The translations under genes and the position numbers were made by a program. This document shows positions 1 through 10,246 of a stretch of DNA of 64,000 nt, piece after piece; position 1 is the first letter of the stretch, and every line of letters starts with the position of its first letter. The notes under the pieces were generated by a model. It saw only the letters and a program-made list of their open reading frames with translations. It did no database searches and had not been told where the DNA came from. The DNA comes from an uncultured Nitrospiraceae bacterium (GTDB taxonomy: Bacteria; Nitrospirota; Nitrospiria; Nitrospirales; Nitrospiraceae): assembly GCA_963706325.1 (NCBI GenBank), contig CAVPLT010000001.1:128001-192000 (forward strand), in the 5' to 3' direction.

Positions 1-440
1 AGCTGACGCTATGCGGACGCGTCGTTGACGCCGTCACCTATCATGCCGGTCATGTGCCCCGCGGCCTGCAGATGCTGCACCACGATGTACTTGTCCTCCG
101 GATAGACTTCGGCAATACCCTCGGCACCCGCCAATAAGTCGACCGCCTCTTTACCGGCCTGAACACTCGCAGCCTTCAGGTCCGTCACGCGCCGGATGTT
201 GGACAACCCAACCCCCTGCGCGACTTCACTCGCGACCGCCAGCGCATCGCTGGTGAGCATCTTCACCGGAACACCAAGATCGTGGAGTGTGGCGATGAGT
301 TGCTTGGCGTCCGGTTGAGGCGGATCATACAAGGTCACCAATCCAACCAATGCAGGGGAGCCTCTCTCGGGGCCGCGATCGAACATGATGATCTCATAGT
401 CCTCGCACAGCCGTCGCGCTCTCGCGGCAGCAATGGCCAA
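1..440 (-). pseudogene. Broken P-type ATPase (H+-ATPase-like) fragment, N-terminally joined to a short CoA-disulfide-reductase-like fragment
   Basis: P-type motifs DPP, KML(T/S)D, PEDK and GDGVND are present. GDGVNDASA is followed by TAG at 9-11 and then RQ (expected DAPALRQ). The phosphorylation domain and TM region are absent. Confidence 0.8.
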
Positions 441-568
441 CCATCGAATGCATCAGTCAGGATTCCCCTTGTTACGCCCCTTCCTTGCCGCCGCGTACTC
501 GCTTCTGATGACGCACCATCAGACCTGGTCGACGTCCACGGCAATCGCCCACAGCATCGGCCGCCCTT

Positions 569-1995
569 TCAACCAGGTGACTTTTGGGACCCCGGCATGC
601 CCAGGACTGGATTGTGCCATCCGCCGTCTGCTCGAATAGACGCATCCGCCTCTTTCCGCCCCCCACTACCGGGCTTATAGGGGCGGACCCGACGGTGGGC
701 CTTCAGGACCGGATCGACCACTGCCCAGGCGGCCTCAACCGCGTCCTCACGCGTGAAGAGCGCTCCGCTTCCCGCCATGGTGTCTCCCAAGAGCCGTTCA
801 TAGGGCGCTTCCTCTCCCGGTTGATGCTCAACAAAGGAGAGCTCTCGTTGGTCGGCGGTAAACTCCTTCCCTACGCGCTTCACGCGGGCCGCGAGGGCGA
901 CGGCAGAGTTGGGAGAGATCCGAAACCGCAGATAATTGGTCCGGCCGGTCGCCGGAGCTGAGTTGCCGAATAGCCTCTGCGGCGGCGGCTTCAGCACCAC
1001 CAGAACCTCAGCTGCCGTTTCGGGCAGACACTTGCCGGAGCGGAGGTACCACGGCACCCCCTGCCAGCGCCACGAATCGATGAACAGCTTCAGCGCACAA
1101 AACGTCTCGACATCGGAGCGCGTCGCCACGCCCGACTCTTTTCGATACCCGTCATACTGGCCGCGCACCAGATCAGCCGGCTTCAGCGGACGCATAGCTT
1201 GGAAGACCTTACTTTTCTCGCTGTGCACGGCTCCATACCCCCGATAGGCCGGCGGTTCCATTGCCAGCAAGGCGACGATCTGGAAAAGATGGTTCTCGAT
1301 GACGTCGCGCAGGCAGCCGGCAGTTTCGTAAAACGTGCCGCGGCCTCCACGCCAAATTTCTCGGCCAGCGTGATCTGGACGCTGGCTACGCAGTTGCGGT
1401 TCCACATTGGTTCCAAAAACGAATTGGCGAAGCGAAAATAGAGAATGTTCATAATCGCCTCTTTGCCCAGAAAGTGATCGATGCGAAAGATCGACTTTTC
1501 CGGGAACACTGACTGGGCAATGCGGTTCAACGCGCGCGCGGAAGCCAGGTCACGTCCGAACGGCTTTTCGACGATGACGCGCGCATGGTCGGACAAGCCT
1601 GTGGCCCCGAGGCTTTTAATCACCGTCGCAAAAAGCGAGGGCGGGATTGCGAGGTAGTGCGCCTGACGCCGAGCAGGACCCAGCGCCTTTTTGATCGCCG
1701 TGAACGTGCATTCGTCGTGATAGTCTCCACTCACATATTTCAGTAAGGACAGAAGCCGGCGAAGGGCCTGCTTGTTTCCGACTCCGCCTGATCGCTGGAT
1801 ACTGTCCTTCAGGCGCCTTCGCAACTGCGCGGGAGTCCACTTCGAAGCAGCGACGCCGATGACGGGGACTTTGATGGCGCCCCGCTTCGCCATCGCGCAG
1901 AGCGCCGGAAAGATCTTCTTGTAGGCGAGATCGCCCGTCACACCGAACAGCACCAGCGCGTCGGAGTGCGTCGCGCCGCCTTTGGCCTTGTCCAT
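569..1995 (-). pseudogene. zwf: Glucose-6-phosphate 1-dehydrogenase, split by a 1-bp frameshift near 1344
   Basis: The N-half has [13 protein letters not shown] and RIDHFLGKE; the C-half has [14 protein letters not shown] and PYERL. The frames join if GAG-GC-CGC is restored to GAG-GGC-CGC. ATG at 1995 with GGAG RBS. Confidence 0.92.
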
Positions 1996-2087
1996 CTCAG
2001 TTTTCTCCCCTGTTGCATGCATCATCCCCGCCAACCTGCTTTTGCATGACGCAGAGAAGCCAGTCGGCGTAGTCGACGCCGCCGGCA

Positions 2088-3230
2088 CTAGACGTTGACA
2101 GCTCGTCGCTGCACTTTGAGACGATCCTTCGCCAACGTGTCCATCAACTGGTCGAACGGTTTGTTGAACGTCTCTACGCCTTGGTCTTCGAGTTGCTGGG
2201 TGACCTGTGCGAGGCTGATGCCGAGTGTCGGCAAGCTCTCCAAGACAAAATAAGCCTGCTCCACATCCTGTTCAATGCGGACTTCCGGAGTGCCATGGTC
2301 GCGATAGGCGTTGAGGGTCTCGACCGGGATCGTGTTGACGGTATCTGGTCCGATGAGGGCTTCGATGTATTTGACGTCGCTGTAGTCCGGGTTCTTCGTG
2401 CCAGTACTCGCCCACAGCAACCGCTGAACTGACACATTTTTTTTGACCAATCGCCGGAACCGTTCGCTGCCAAAGATCTCCTTATAGATCTGATAGGCCG
2501 CCTTCGCACTGGCTACGGCCACCTGTCCGCGCACCTTCTTCGCGAGCGCGGCCTTCTCGTCGCCGTGCGCGACAAGTTTGTCCAGCAACGCATCCACCAG
2601 CACGTCGATGCGGCTCACAAAGAAGCTGGCCACGGAGGCGACATGGTTGACCGGCCGACCTTGGGCAATACGCGCTTCGATGCCTGCGATATACGCGTGT
2701 GCGACCTGCCGATACCGAGGCAAGCCGAACAACAACGTCACATTCACGCTGACACCTTCGCTGATGAGTTGCCGGATCGCGGGAACACCTTCCAACGTGG
2801 CCGGGACCTTGATGAACACGTTGGGTCGGTCCAGCGCGGCCCAGAGCCGCCGAGCTTCCTCAATCGTGCCCTGCGTGTCGTGTGCCAGGTGTGGATTGAC
2901 CTCTAAACTGACATAGCCGTCCTTGCCGTCCGTCTTGTCGTACAAAGACCGGAACTCATCAGCGGCGCTTTGCACGTCCCGCTGAGTAAGAGCCTCATAG
3001 ATCTCCGCGACTGTCTTTTCATCAAGAGTTAGTCTGCGGATATCTGCATCATATTCCTGGCCACCCACAATTGCTTTTTCAAAGATAGAGGGATTCGAGG
3101 TCATACCTCGAAGGCCATCCTCCTCGATTAAGCGCCTTAGCTCGCCACTGACGATCAGATCGCGCCGGATGTAGTCTAGCCAGAATGACTGGCCGAACTC
3201 GCCCAGCTTCTTCAACGGATTGATAGACAT
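2088..3230 (-). CDS. tal: Transaldolase (type 2, ~380 aa)
   Basis: Motifs [35 protein letters not shown] and LLWAST; AAGGAGG RBS. Confidence 0.96.
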   Translation of the reverse strand: MSINPLKKLGEFGQSFWLDYIRRDLIVSGELRRLIEEDGLRGMTSNPSIFEKAIVGGQEYDADIRRLTLDEKTVAEIYEALTQRDVQSAADEFRSLYDKTDGKDGYVSLEVNPHLAHDTQGTIEEARRLWAALDRPNVFIKVPATLEGVPAIRQLISEGVSVNVTLLFGLPRYRQVAHAYIAGIEARIAQGRPVNHVASVASFFVSRIDVLVDALLDKLVAHGDEKAALAKKVRGQVAVASAKAAYQIYKEIFGSERFRRLVKKNVSVQRLLWASTGTKNPDYSDVKYIEALIGPDTVNTIPVETLNAYRDHGTPEVRIEQDVEQAYFVLESLPTLGISLAQVTQQLEDQGVETFNKPFDQLMDTLAKDRLKVQRRAVNV

Positions 3231-3371
3231 GCGTATACCTCCTTGCTTTCTAAGTTTGGGGTCTTCTCCAGGCGGCGGCGTTCACGGTCGATGTCGCGGG
3301 ATCGGACGACAAAAACAATTCTTCGCAAATGCACATTCTGCGCTCCGCGCGATCTGCGCCTCCGTCCTCCC

Positions 3372-3671
3372 CTAGTAAATGATGGGCGGTCGGTTCTCAC
3401 CGATGAGCAACAGCAATCGGCGCCGTTGCAAGGGACGGCCCGGATCCCGGGTGTAGTGCGACAGGTCTTCCGACACCTCAACCTGGCTGAGCGGGAATGA
3501 AACATGCTGATTCATATGAGACACGTGCGTCTCGATCGAGAGCGTCACAGATGCATTGTTGCAGTCCGTAACTTGAGCGTTGAGATCCCTTACATCAAGG
3601 AACTGCACTGTCACCCGCTCCTCCGGATCAATCCATTGACGGATGTGCGTGGCCTTTTCATCGTTGGTCAT
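3372..3671 (-). CDS. Hypothetical protein (~99 aa)
   Basis: ATG at 3671 with GGAGG RBS; globular composition; co-oriented with tal. Confidence 0.7.
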   Translation of the reverse strand: MTNDEKATHIRQWIDPEERVTVQFLDVRDLNAQVTDCNNASVTLSIETHVSHMNQHVSFPLSQVEVSEDLSHYTRDPGRPLQRRRLLLLIGENRPPIIY

Positions 3672-3962
3672 GTAGGCAGCCTCCATTGAGCCGTTAAGAC
3701 CAATTCCAACAGCCATGCCGATTAAGGTAGATTCGAACGCGGGGTTCAAGCCATCCCCATCCGTCACATGGCCGTTGGACTTCATGATGAGCGTAAAAGC
3801 GTCGGCGTCTTGAGACACTGCGACATGGCCTCGAAATAAGCGATGTGGGAAGCCATTCCTAGATCAGTAGGTCGCGGCTCATTGAGATACGCACGAGCAC
3901 TCAGTTCGTCCGCGTGAGGCACAACCTTTCAGGTTGGGCCCCCAAAGGGCACGGCATGAGGT

Positions 3963-4499
3963 TTAGGGCTGCGTTGCACCCCGCTCACTCGCAGGCCGAT
4001 TGGCCGGTTGCTGTTTATCTACAGGCTGTTCATTGACCAACTGCTGCCCTTGTACATTCTGATCTGAATTCAGCTCACGAAATGCTTGCGGGTCTTTCTT
4101 GGGTCCATTTCCCCCTGGGCTGCCGCCGGAGACAGCTCCCCCCTGCTCACTCGTCCTGTCTTTCTTCGCGCCGTACATACTTTTTTCCTTCAACTCTTCT
4201 GCGGCGAGCGCCGATCCCCCGCCCTGCGTCCTCTCGACATTTTTTTCCATGTCATCCAAAGTGACGGGCTCAGGCTTCTCCTTTTTCATGCCCACCAGGT
4301 CGTCACTGCGTGTGCCCGGACCACTGCCACCGGGACCGAAGGTTCCTCCTCCCGGAGTCGCTCGTTGAATCTCCTTGGGCACATTGTCCTTCGGATTGCT
4401 GGAGGTCCCGGGTTGGACACCCAAAATCTCCGCTACGGCTCCCGTTGCAAGGAACAGACTTGCGCATGCCACACTGCTGAGGACTGGTATATTTCTCAT
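3963..4499 (-). CDS. Exported low-complexity (Gly/Pro/Gln/Lys-rich) hypothetical protein
   Basis: AAGGAGG RBS; signal peptide ending in AVA-E. Confidence 0.75.
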   Translation of the reverse strand: MRNIPVLSSVACASLFLATGAVAEILGVQPGTSSNPKDNVPKEIQRATPGGGTFGPGGSGPGTRSDDLVGMKKEKPEPVTLDDMEKNVERTQGGGSALAAEELKEKSMYGAKKDRTSEQGGAVSGGSPGGNGPKKDPQAFRELNSDQNVQGQQLVNEQPVDKQQPANRPASERGATQP

Positions 4500-5214
4500 C
4501 ACGACCCTCCTTTGAAAGAGCACATTGACGATCCGGACTATACAGTCCGCTAATGGACGAAACCGGCCTGATACTGATCACGGCCTGTCGACCGTGTGCC
4601 ATCTCCGAATAGCTCGAATGCGACGTATCTCAACCCTGGGCAGTCTCCTCAAAATTACTCAGGTTCAATGAGAGTGGTGGAATGCCATCCCAACATTCGC
4701 AGTGACCAAGGCTCCCAGCAGTGCCGGGACATTACGCTCAGAGGTCATTTGACCCGTTCACGTGATGAACAGCATAGCCGACATGATCGCAATGTAGAGC
4801 TGGACAGAGCCCTGGCACGGAAGTCAGGCGATGAGCATCTCCTCTGTCGGCGTAATCGCGCGCGCAGAAAACTACATGCATCATTGATAAGGATCAGAGG
4901 CCTGGGAAGTAGGACTGCCGATCAATTCACCCGTCACCCGCTGATTATTGTCAGGTGAGGAGCTCCCGCCCACCTTCGACTGCGGCATTCACTAGGTACC
5001 CTTCCTCTGTGATCCCTATGCGGAGAAGGTGGGGTAGATTTCTGTCATCCTCGACAACCAGAATTCAAGAAGGAGCGTGGTCCGGTACAAGGACAAAGTG
5101 AGCCCCGGCACTGGACGGGTCGTCATACAGAAGACGAAGGTCCAGGCCATCGCGGTACATTGCTCGATCAACAGGCCATGGCTCCCTAGATCAAAGAGGT
5201 GAGACCGGCCTATG

Positions 5215-5859
5215 TCACAATCGACTCACCAGGCCTTGCAAGGAATAGATCGGCTGAACTGGTCGCTGACGCGTAGCCCCTGCACTGACAACGCGATCGT
5301 ACACCGCTGTGTAGGCCAGCGCCGTCTCAACGAGAGAGTCGAGCTCGTCTTCAAATGGTCCTCGCCGCTGCGACGGAACATTCCAGGGAATGAGACTCTG
5401 CCAGTTGAGGTCGGGACATCGCCGAATCTGATCTGCGGATGTTGCCACCAGAGCCAGTTCCTTGAACTCCCGATAGACCTTGACGACCTCAGGCGCGTCC
5501 AATGAATCATACACTGTGGCCATAATTGGGAGCGGACTACGACGCATCAAGGGAAATACTGTAAACCCGGCATGCACATGGACGAGATCGAAGCGAGCGT
5601 CAGTGGAGAAGACTTTCTCGAGTGCGAGGGACGTCAGCCCCTCCGCAAGGTGACGCTTGGGCGATGGATAGTGTCGAAGCGCCTTCGGAGACACAGGTAC
5701 TAACGTGCCGGACACCTTACTCCCTCCGCTCGCGAACACGGTCACATCATGCCCGAACCGAATCAGGCAACCCGTGAGAAATGCCACGCCTCGCGCGTTC
5801 AGGCCTTCACTTTCAACCGACACCTCCTCAATCAACGGACTGACATGAGCAATGCGCAT
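5215..5859 (-). CDS. Glycosyltransferase family 4 N-terminal-domain protein (truncated GT-B)
   Basis: MRIAHVSPL..GHDVTVFASG..FDLVHVH; the C-terminal nucleotide-sugar domain is missing; AAGGAG RBS. Confidence 0.75.
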   Translation of the reverse strand: MRIAHVSPLIEEVSVESEGLNARGVAFLTGCLIRFGHDVTVFASGGSKVSGTLVPVSPKALRHYPSPKRHLAEGLTSLALEKVFSTDARFDLVHVHAGFTVFPLMRRSPLPIMATVYDSLDAPEVVKVYREFKELALVATSADQIRRCPDLNWQSLIPWNVPSQRRGPFEDELDSLVETALAYTAVYDRVVSAGATRQRPVQPIYSLQGLVSRL

Positions 5860-6756
5860 TACATACGCTCCTTTCTTGTTCGTCGTGCACCCGAATCCCT
5901 TCTAGCTCAGGCACCTCACCACCTCGGGTTGCGATATCGCTCGCAACTGCGACCAATGAGGCGCATCGCGGCCGATTGATCGCTAACCCGGCCAAACAAT
6001 GACGGATGTGGCTGAAGCTGCCTAGGCATCAGCTGCTGGTTCGGCAGACCCTTCCAGGCATTGGGGACGGATAAACCGGCGCCTCGTTTCGTCAGGGCAA
6101 TGGTACGGCGGCAACATGAAAATTGGCTGAAGAACGCATGAAATTTTGATGAGTATGAAGCGGAGTAGAGATGGTCAGCGTGTCCGAGCGCCTGACGACA
6201 GGACGAGAGCAAGCTTCAGCCTCGTGAGCGAATGCCTTCCTGAGGCTTTACGTCAAGGAAGATAGCCTTGAGAGAACAACCGGAACTCAAACAGCTAACG
6301 CATTGCGTGCATCACCCGACAGATGCCTCACCAAATCTGAAGCCAAGCGATCGTTCCGTTTCCATCCGTTCATGACCTTTCCCGGAGCAGCACGTCATTG
6401 ACCAAACACAAGTTCCGCAGCGGCGACGAGCGACGCCTTCGGATCCGGCAAAACCCATGAAGCATCACACAGTCGTCCCACCTGTGCGACAGGGGCTGTC
6501 ACACAGATAAAGGGGTTATCCATGGTTCCGGGAGCGTTTGTGGCGGGTTATCATTAGTGGGTCGGAGTCAGGTCACGAACCCTAGCGCGACTCCTTTCGC
6601 AGCGAGATGTATTCGGCGCGTTTTTATGACGATCGGGATCCATTTGTCCCCACCTGCCATCCCCTCCTGACGCCCTGTGCGCTAATTCGTCATGGCTCAA
6701 TCTAGGGACAGTCCAAAAAATTTTAGAAATATCGCCTGACTGCTCCTCCTTGATTT

Positions 6757-6772
6757 ATCAATTATAGTTGAT
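6757..6772. promoter_or_regulatory. ArsR operator 1 (ATCAA-N6-TTGAT)
   Basis: Palindrome ATCAAttatagTTGAT just upstream of the arsR ATG; matches the motif described for cyanobacterial ArsR. Confidence 0.8.
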
Positions 6773-6784
6773 ATATGGTAACTC

Positions 6785-7108
6785 ATGAGAATAAGGATGA
6801 CCAAACCAATCGCAGGTATTGCCAAAGTGTTCCAGGCCCTGTCAGATGAAACCCGATTATTGATCCTGGAACACTTGAAAGAAGGCGAGCAATGTGTGTG
6901 CGATCTGACAGACGCCTTTAAGACAGGCCAGTCACGGCTTTCGTTTCACCTCAGAGTGCTGAAAGAGGCGGGACTAATCCTTGATCGACCTGAAGGACGA
7001 TGGGTGTATTATTCACTCAATCCAGACGCACTTGAAGAACTGCAGGAGGCGGTGAACTCCCTTAACCGCCCCTCAGGCCGGTCCGCGAAGAAAGGTTATT
7101 GCCCCTGA
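6785..7108 (+). CDS. arsR: ArsR/SmtB metalloregulator
   Basis: FQALSDETRL, CVCDL As(III) site, SQSRLSFHL-type HTH, GRWVYY. Confidence 0.95.
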   Translation: MRIRMTKPIAGIAKVFQALSDETRLLILEHLKEGEQCVCDLTDAFKTGQSRLSFHLRVLKEAGLILDRPEGRWVYYSLNPDALEELQEAVNSLNRPSGRSAKKGYCP

Positions 7109-7126
7109 CTTTTTTTGCCTTCATTC

Positions 7127-7142
7127 ATCAATATTTATTGAT
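7127..7142. promoter_or_regulatory. ArsR operator 2 (ATCAA-N6-TTGAT)
   Basis: Palindrome ATCAAtatttaTTGAT between arsR and acr3. Confidence 0.8.
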
Positions 7143-7157
7143 TTTACGGTATAACCT

Positions 7158-8258
7158 ATGGAAACCGTTGGAACCATCGAGCAGCAGACGCTTCCGACAG
7201 ACAAAAATCTAAATCTCTTCGAACGGTATCTCACCGTCTGGGTGGGGCTCTGTATGGTCGCGGGGGTCATGCTAGGGAAATCAGCACCCGGGATTATTCA
7301 GGCGTTGCGAGATATGGAGTTCGGCCAGGACAGTCATGTGAATTTTCCCATGGCCGTCCTGATCTGGTTGATGATCACCCCCATGATGATGAAAGTTGAT
7401 TTTCGTGCCGTGGCGAAGGTCGGCCAGCGGCCTCAGGGGTTATTGGTCACACTCTTTATTAATTGGGTGGTCAAACCGTTCTCAATGGCCCTCTTGGCCT
7501 GGGTCTTTTTTCGATTCATGTTCGCAGCCTGGATGACTCCCGCCGAAGCGGATCAGTACATCGCTGGATCGATCATCCTTGCTGCCGCCCCTTGTACCGC
7601 GATGGTCTTTGTCTGGAGCTATCTCACGGATGGTGATCCGGCCTATACCTTGGTCCAAGTTTCCGTGAACGATCTGATCATGCTGGTGCTGTTTGCTCCG
7701 ATTGTCGGCTTCCTGGTCAGTGGCGCGTCCTCACTCATTGTACCGTTCGCAGTGCTCGTCTATTCGGTCGTAGGCTTTATTGTGATCCCGTTGGTTTTGG
7801 GAGTGCTAATCCGACAGTGGTTCATCGGGCAGCGAGGGAAGACCTGGTTTGAAGAGACCCTCCTTCCACGGTTTGCTCCCATCACCATTGTCGCGCTACT
7901 CGTGACCTTAGTCCTGATTTTTGCCTTTCAAGCAGACAATATTCTGGACAAGCCCCTCCACGTATTGCTCATCGCGATCCCGGTTCTTCTGCAAGTCTAT
8001 TTTAATGCCTCTCTCGCCTATGGGCTGATGAAGTGGTTGAAGGTGCCCTATGCCGTGGCCGCACCAGGAGCCCTGATTGGCGCGAGTAACTTCTTTGAAC
8101 TCGCTGTGGCAACGGCTATTGCGTTGTTTGGTCCCGAATCAGGTGCCGCGTTGGCTACCGTCGTCGGGGTGTTAGTTGAGGTGCCCGTCATGCTGTCCGT
8201 GTGTCATGTGTGTAATCGAACACGGCATTGGTTCCCTTTGGAAGAGGTCACAGCATGA
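7158..8258 (+). CDS. acr3: ACR3-family arsenite efflux transporter
   Basis: FERYLTVWV, NWVVKPF, APCTAMVFVWS, GASNFFELAVA and GVLVEVPVML motifs. Confidence 0.96.
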   Translation: METVGTIEQQTLPTDKNLNLFERYLTVWVGLCMVAGVMLGKSAPGIIQALRDMEFGQDSHVNFPMAVLIWLMITPMMMKVDFRAVAKVGQRPQGLLVTLFINWVVKPFSMALLAWVFFRFMFAAWMTPAEADQYIAGSIILAAAPCTAMVFVWSYLTDGDPAYTLVQVSVNDLIMLVLFAPIVGFLVSGASSLIVPFAVLVYSVVGFIVIPLVLGVLIRQWFIGQRGKTWFEETLLPRFAPITIVALLVTLVLIFAFQADNILDKPLHVLLIAIPVLLQVYFNASLAYGLMKWLKVPYAVAAPGALIGASNFFELAVATAIALFGPESGAALATVVGVLVEVPVMLSVCHVCNRTRHWFPLEEVTA

Positions 8259-8414
8259 GGGGTGGCAGTAAGGGGAAATATGTGTGTGGTGTTGGCCTGG
8301 CCCAGGTTGCAACCGAATTACATGGTCACAAGGGAGGGAACCTTGTTGCCCACCGAGGCTTTGATCCGCCGGCCCGGGCTTCTCATCCCAGAACTACGCA
8401 CAGTGGGGGCATAC

Positions 8415-8633
8415 ATGGAATGGTTGAGCCTGGTTGGCATCATGTCCTTGATCATCCTGATTGGTGTGTATGTTTTTGAAAAATTATCGAGCCCGATATG
8501 GCCTGGAGTAAGCAAGCCGGTTCCCCTCTTCCACATATTCCGAGATTGGTTGCTCTACATGGCCCTGTTCGTGGGATTACTAATTTTATTGGAGGGAACT
8601 CTCAGACTCGCTTGTTCTATCAGTTGTGAGTAG
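8415..8633 (+). CDS. Small two-TM membrane protein inside the ars operon
   Basis: 72 aa, two hydrophobic stretches, GGGGG upstream of the ATG. Confidence 0.55.
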   Translation: MEWLSLVGIMSLIILIGVYVFEKLSSPIWPGVSKPVPLFHIFRDWLLYMALFVGLLILLEGTLRLACSISCE

Positions 8634-8696
8634 ATCGGATCGCGGGCAATCGTTTGCGGGATTGGAAGCCTTGTTAGCCACGAAAGGAGAACCATC

Positions 8697-9167
8697 ATGA
8701 AACGCATGCATCTTCATATTGGGGTCGAAGACCTTGATGAATCCATCCGCTTCTATACGGCATTGTTTGGTGCCGCGCCCATCAAAACGAAACCAGATTA
8801 TGCCAAATGGTTGTTGGACGACCCCCGCGTCAACTTTGCCATCTCGACTCGGGCGAAAAAAGGCGTTGACCACCTCGGCATCCAGGTTGACGCAGACACA
8901 GAGCTAGCGGAGGTGCAGGAACGCCTCAAGGCGAAGGATATCCCATTGACCGATGAGGGCGAAACGATTTGCTGTTATGCAAGATCGGAAAAGTCCTGGA
9001 TTCAAGATCCGTCAGGCATCGCATGGGAGGCTTATCGGACAATGGAAGATGTTCAACTCTTCTCTGGACGAGACGGCTCCGATGAAGGCGCTTGCTGCAC
9101 CCCAGACACGATGGGAACGCCTGATTGTTGTGAACCATCTGAAAAAACAGCAGGGTGTTGTGACTAA
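8697..9167 (+). CDS. ArsI/CadI-family VOC (glyoxalase-fold) protein
   Basis: KRMHLH, YAKWLLDDPRVNFAIS, HLGIQV, CCYA and DPSGIAWE; AAGGAG RBS. Confidence 0.92.
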   Translation: MKRMHLHIGVEDLDESIRFYTALFGAAPIKTKPDYAKWLLDDPRVNFAISTRAKKGVDHLGIQVDADTELAEVQERLKAKDIPLTDEGETICCYARSEKSWIQDPSGIAWEAYRTMEDVQLFSGRDGSDEGACCTPDTMGTPDCCEPSEKTAGCCD

Positions 9168-9589
9168 TGGAGGCCGAGGTCATTAAGGTATTAGTCCTCT
9201 GTACGGGCAACTCCTGTCGGTCGGTCATGGCGGAAGCGTTGATCAACGATCTTCGCCGTGGACGCTACCAAGCATGGAGCGCGGGGAGCCATCCAACGGG
9301 GTATGTGAATCCTAAATCTATCGAAACCCTCAAGCGGCATGGGATCGATCCAGGTCAGCCGCGCAGCAAAGCGTGGAATGAGTTTACCGACCAACCCTTC
9401 GATTTAGTAATTACAGTGTGTGATCAGGCGGCGGGCGAAAGCTGTCCGTTGTTCCTCGGGACGGCCACGAAGATGCACTGGAGTACGCCTGATCCCGCAA
9501 AAGTGACCGGATCGGACACCGAGATTATTGCGGCTTTCGATCAGGCTTTTTTAATACTCAAGAAGCGCGTTGAAAATTTAACGAACTAA
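9167..9589 (+). CDS. arsC: Arsenate reductase, LMW-PTP (thioredoxin-coupled) type
   Basis: CTGNSCRS P-loop, ITVCD..CP and HW..PDP. Confidence 0.95.
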   Translation: MEAEVIKVLVLCTGNSCRSVMAEALINDLRRGRYQAWSAGSHPTGYVNPKSIETLKRHGIDPGQPRSKAWNEFTDQPFDLVITVCDQAAGESCPLFLGTATKMHWSTPDPAKVTGSDTEIIAAFDQAFLILKKRVENLTN

Positions 9590-10246
9590 CCTTTGAGAAC
9601 GTAATGGGAGGGAGGGCGATCCTCAGGCTCTGGCCATGCGATTGAGAGCATTCTATGAATTATATTGAGTTCGAACCAATATGGGCGATTTTTAAATATT
9701 TATCACAAATCGAGCCCACGACTTTGGGGCAGATTTCTCGATTGAGACAGCTGAAGTATTTCGTAGCAACAGATGGACGTGTCGCGTTGACGGTCCCACA
9801 CTCCAGCGCAAACGCTCGGCACACCACCAACCCGAAATTGAGCTGCATGTAGATATCGAGAGCAAAGTTACGCTGGTAACCGTGTCGCCATACCCATGGG
9901 CTCAGACAGGCGGCGACATCGAATCGCTTAACTTGCCGATTGAGCGCTTGAATGCTTCCGAAAAAGATCGTCTCGGCGTCGTGAATACAATGCGGTAAGC
10001 GTCGATCTCACGCGACACGGTCTTGTGAGGATGGATCTTCAACTCCATTTCTATGTCTGCTATATTAAAAATCAGGCCCAGCACAGCTGGCGGGGAAATC
10101 CGCTGTGTGGGTTTTTAGGGGCTTCATGATCCACATCGAATATTTCCTATTTTTCCGAGAACCCCCTGGCGCCTAGCTAAGCAGCGCAGTAGAAGTCAGC
10201 TCGGCCTGAACACCAAGTGGTTACCTCTCTTCAGCCGCGGTGTGGA

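Noticed and set aside
1330..1360. Programmed ribosomal frameshift in zwf
   Set aside because: No slippery heptamer or stimulatory structure is visible; a single lost G explains it, as in neighbouring broken genes
3880..3960. c-di-GMP-I riboswitch (GAAA-containing hairpin)
   Set aside because: The flanking conserved GEMM nucleotides and second stem are missing; more likely simple terminator or stability hairpins
9655..10084. Short AT-richer ORFs or TGA read-through after arsC
   Set aside because: No recognisable family, RBS or SECIS-like hairpin; probably degraded DNA
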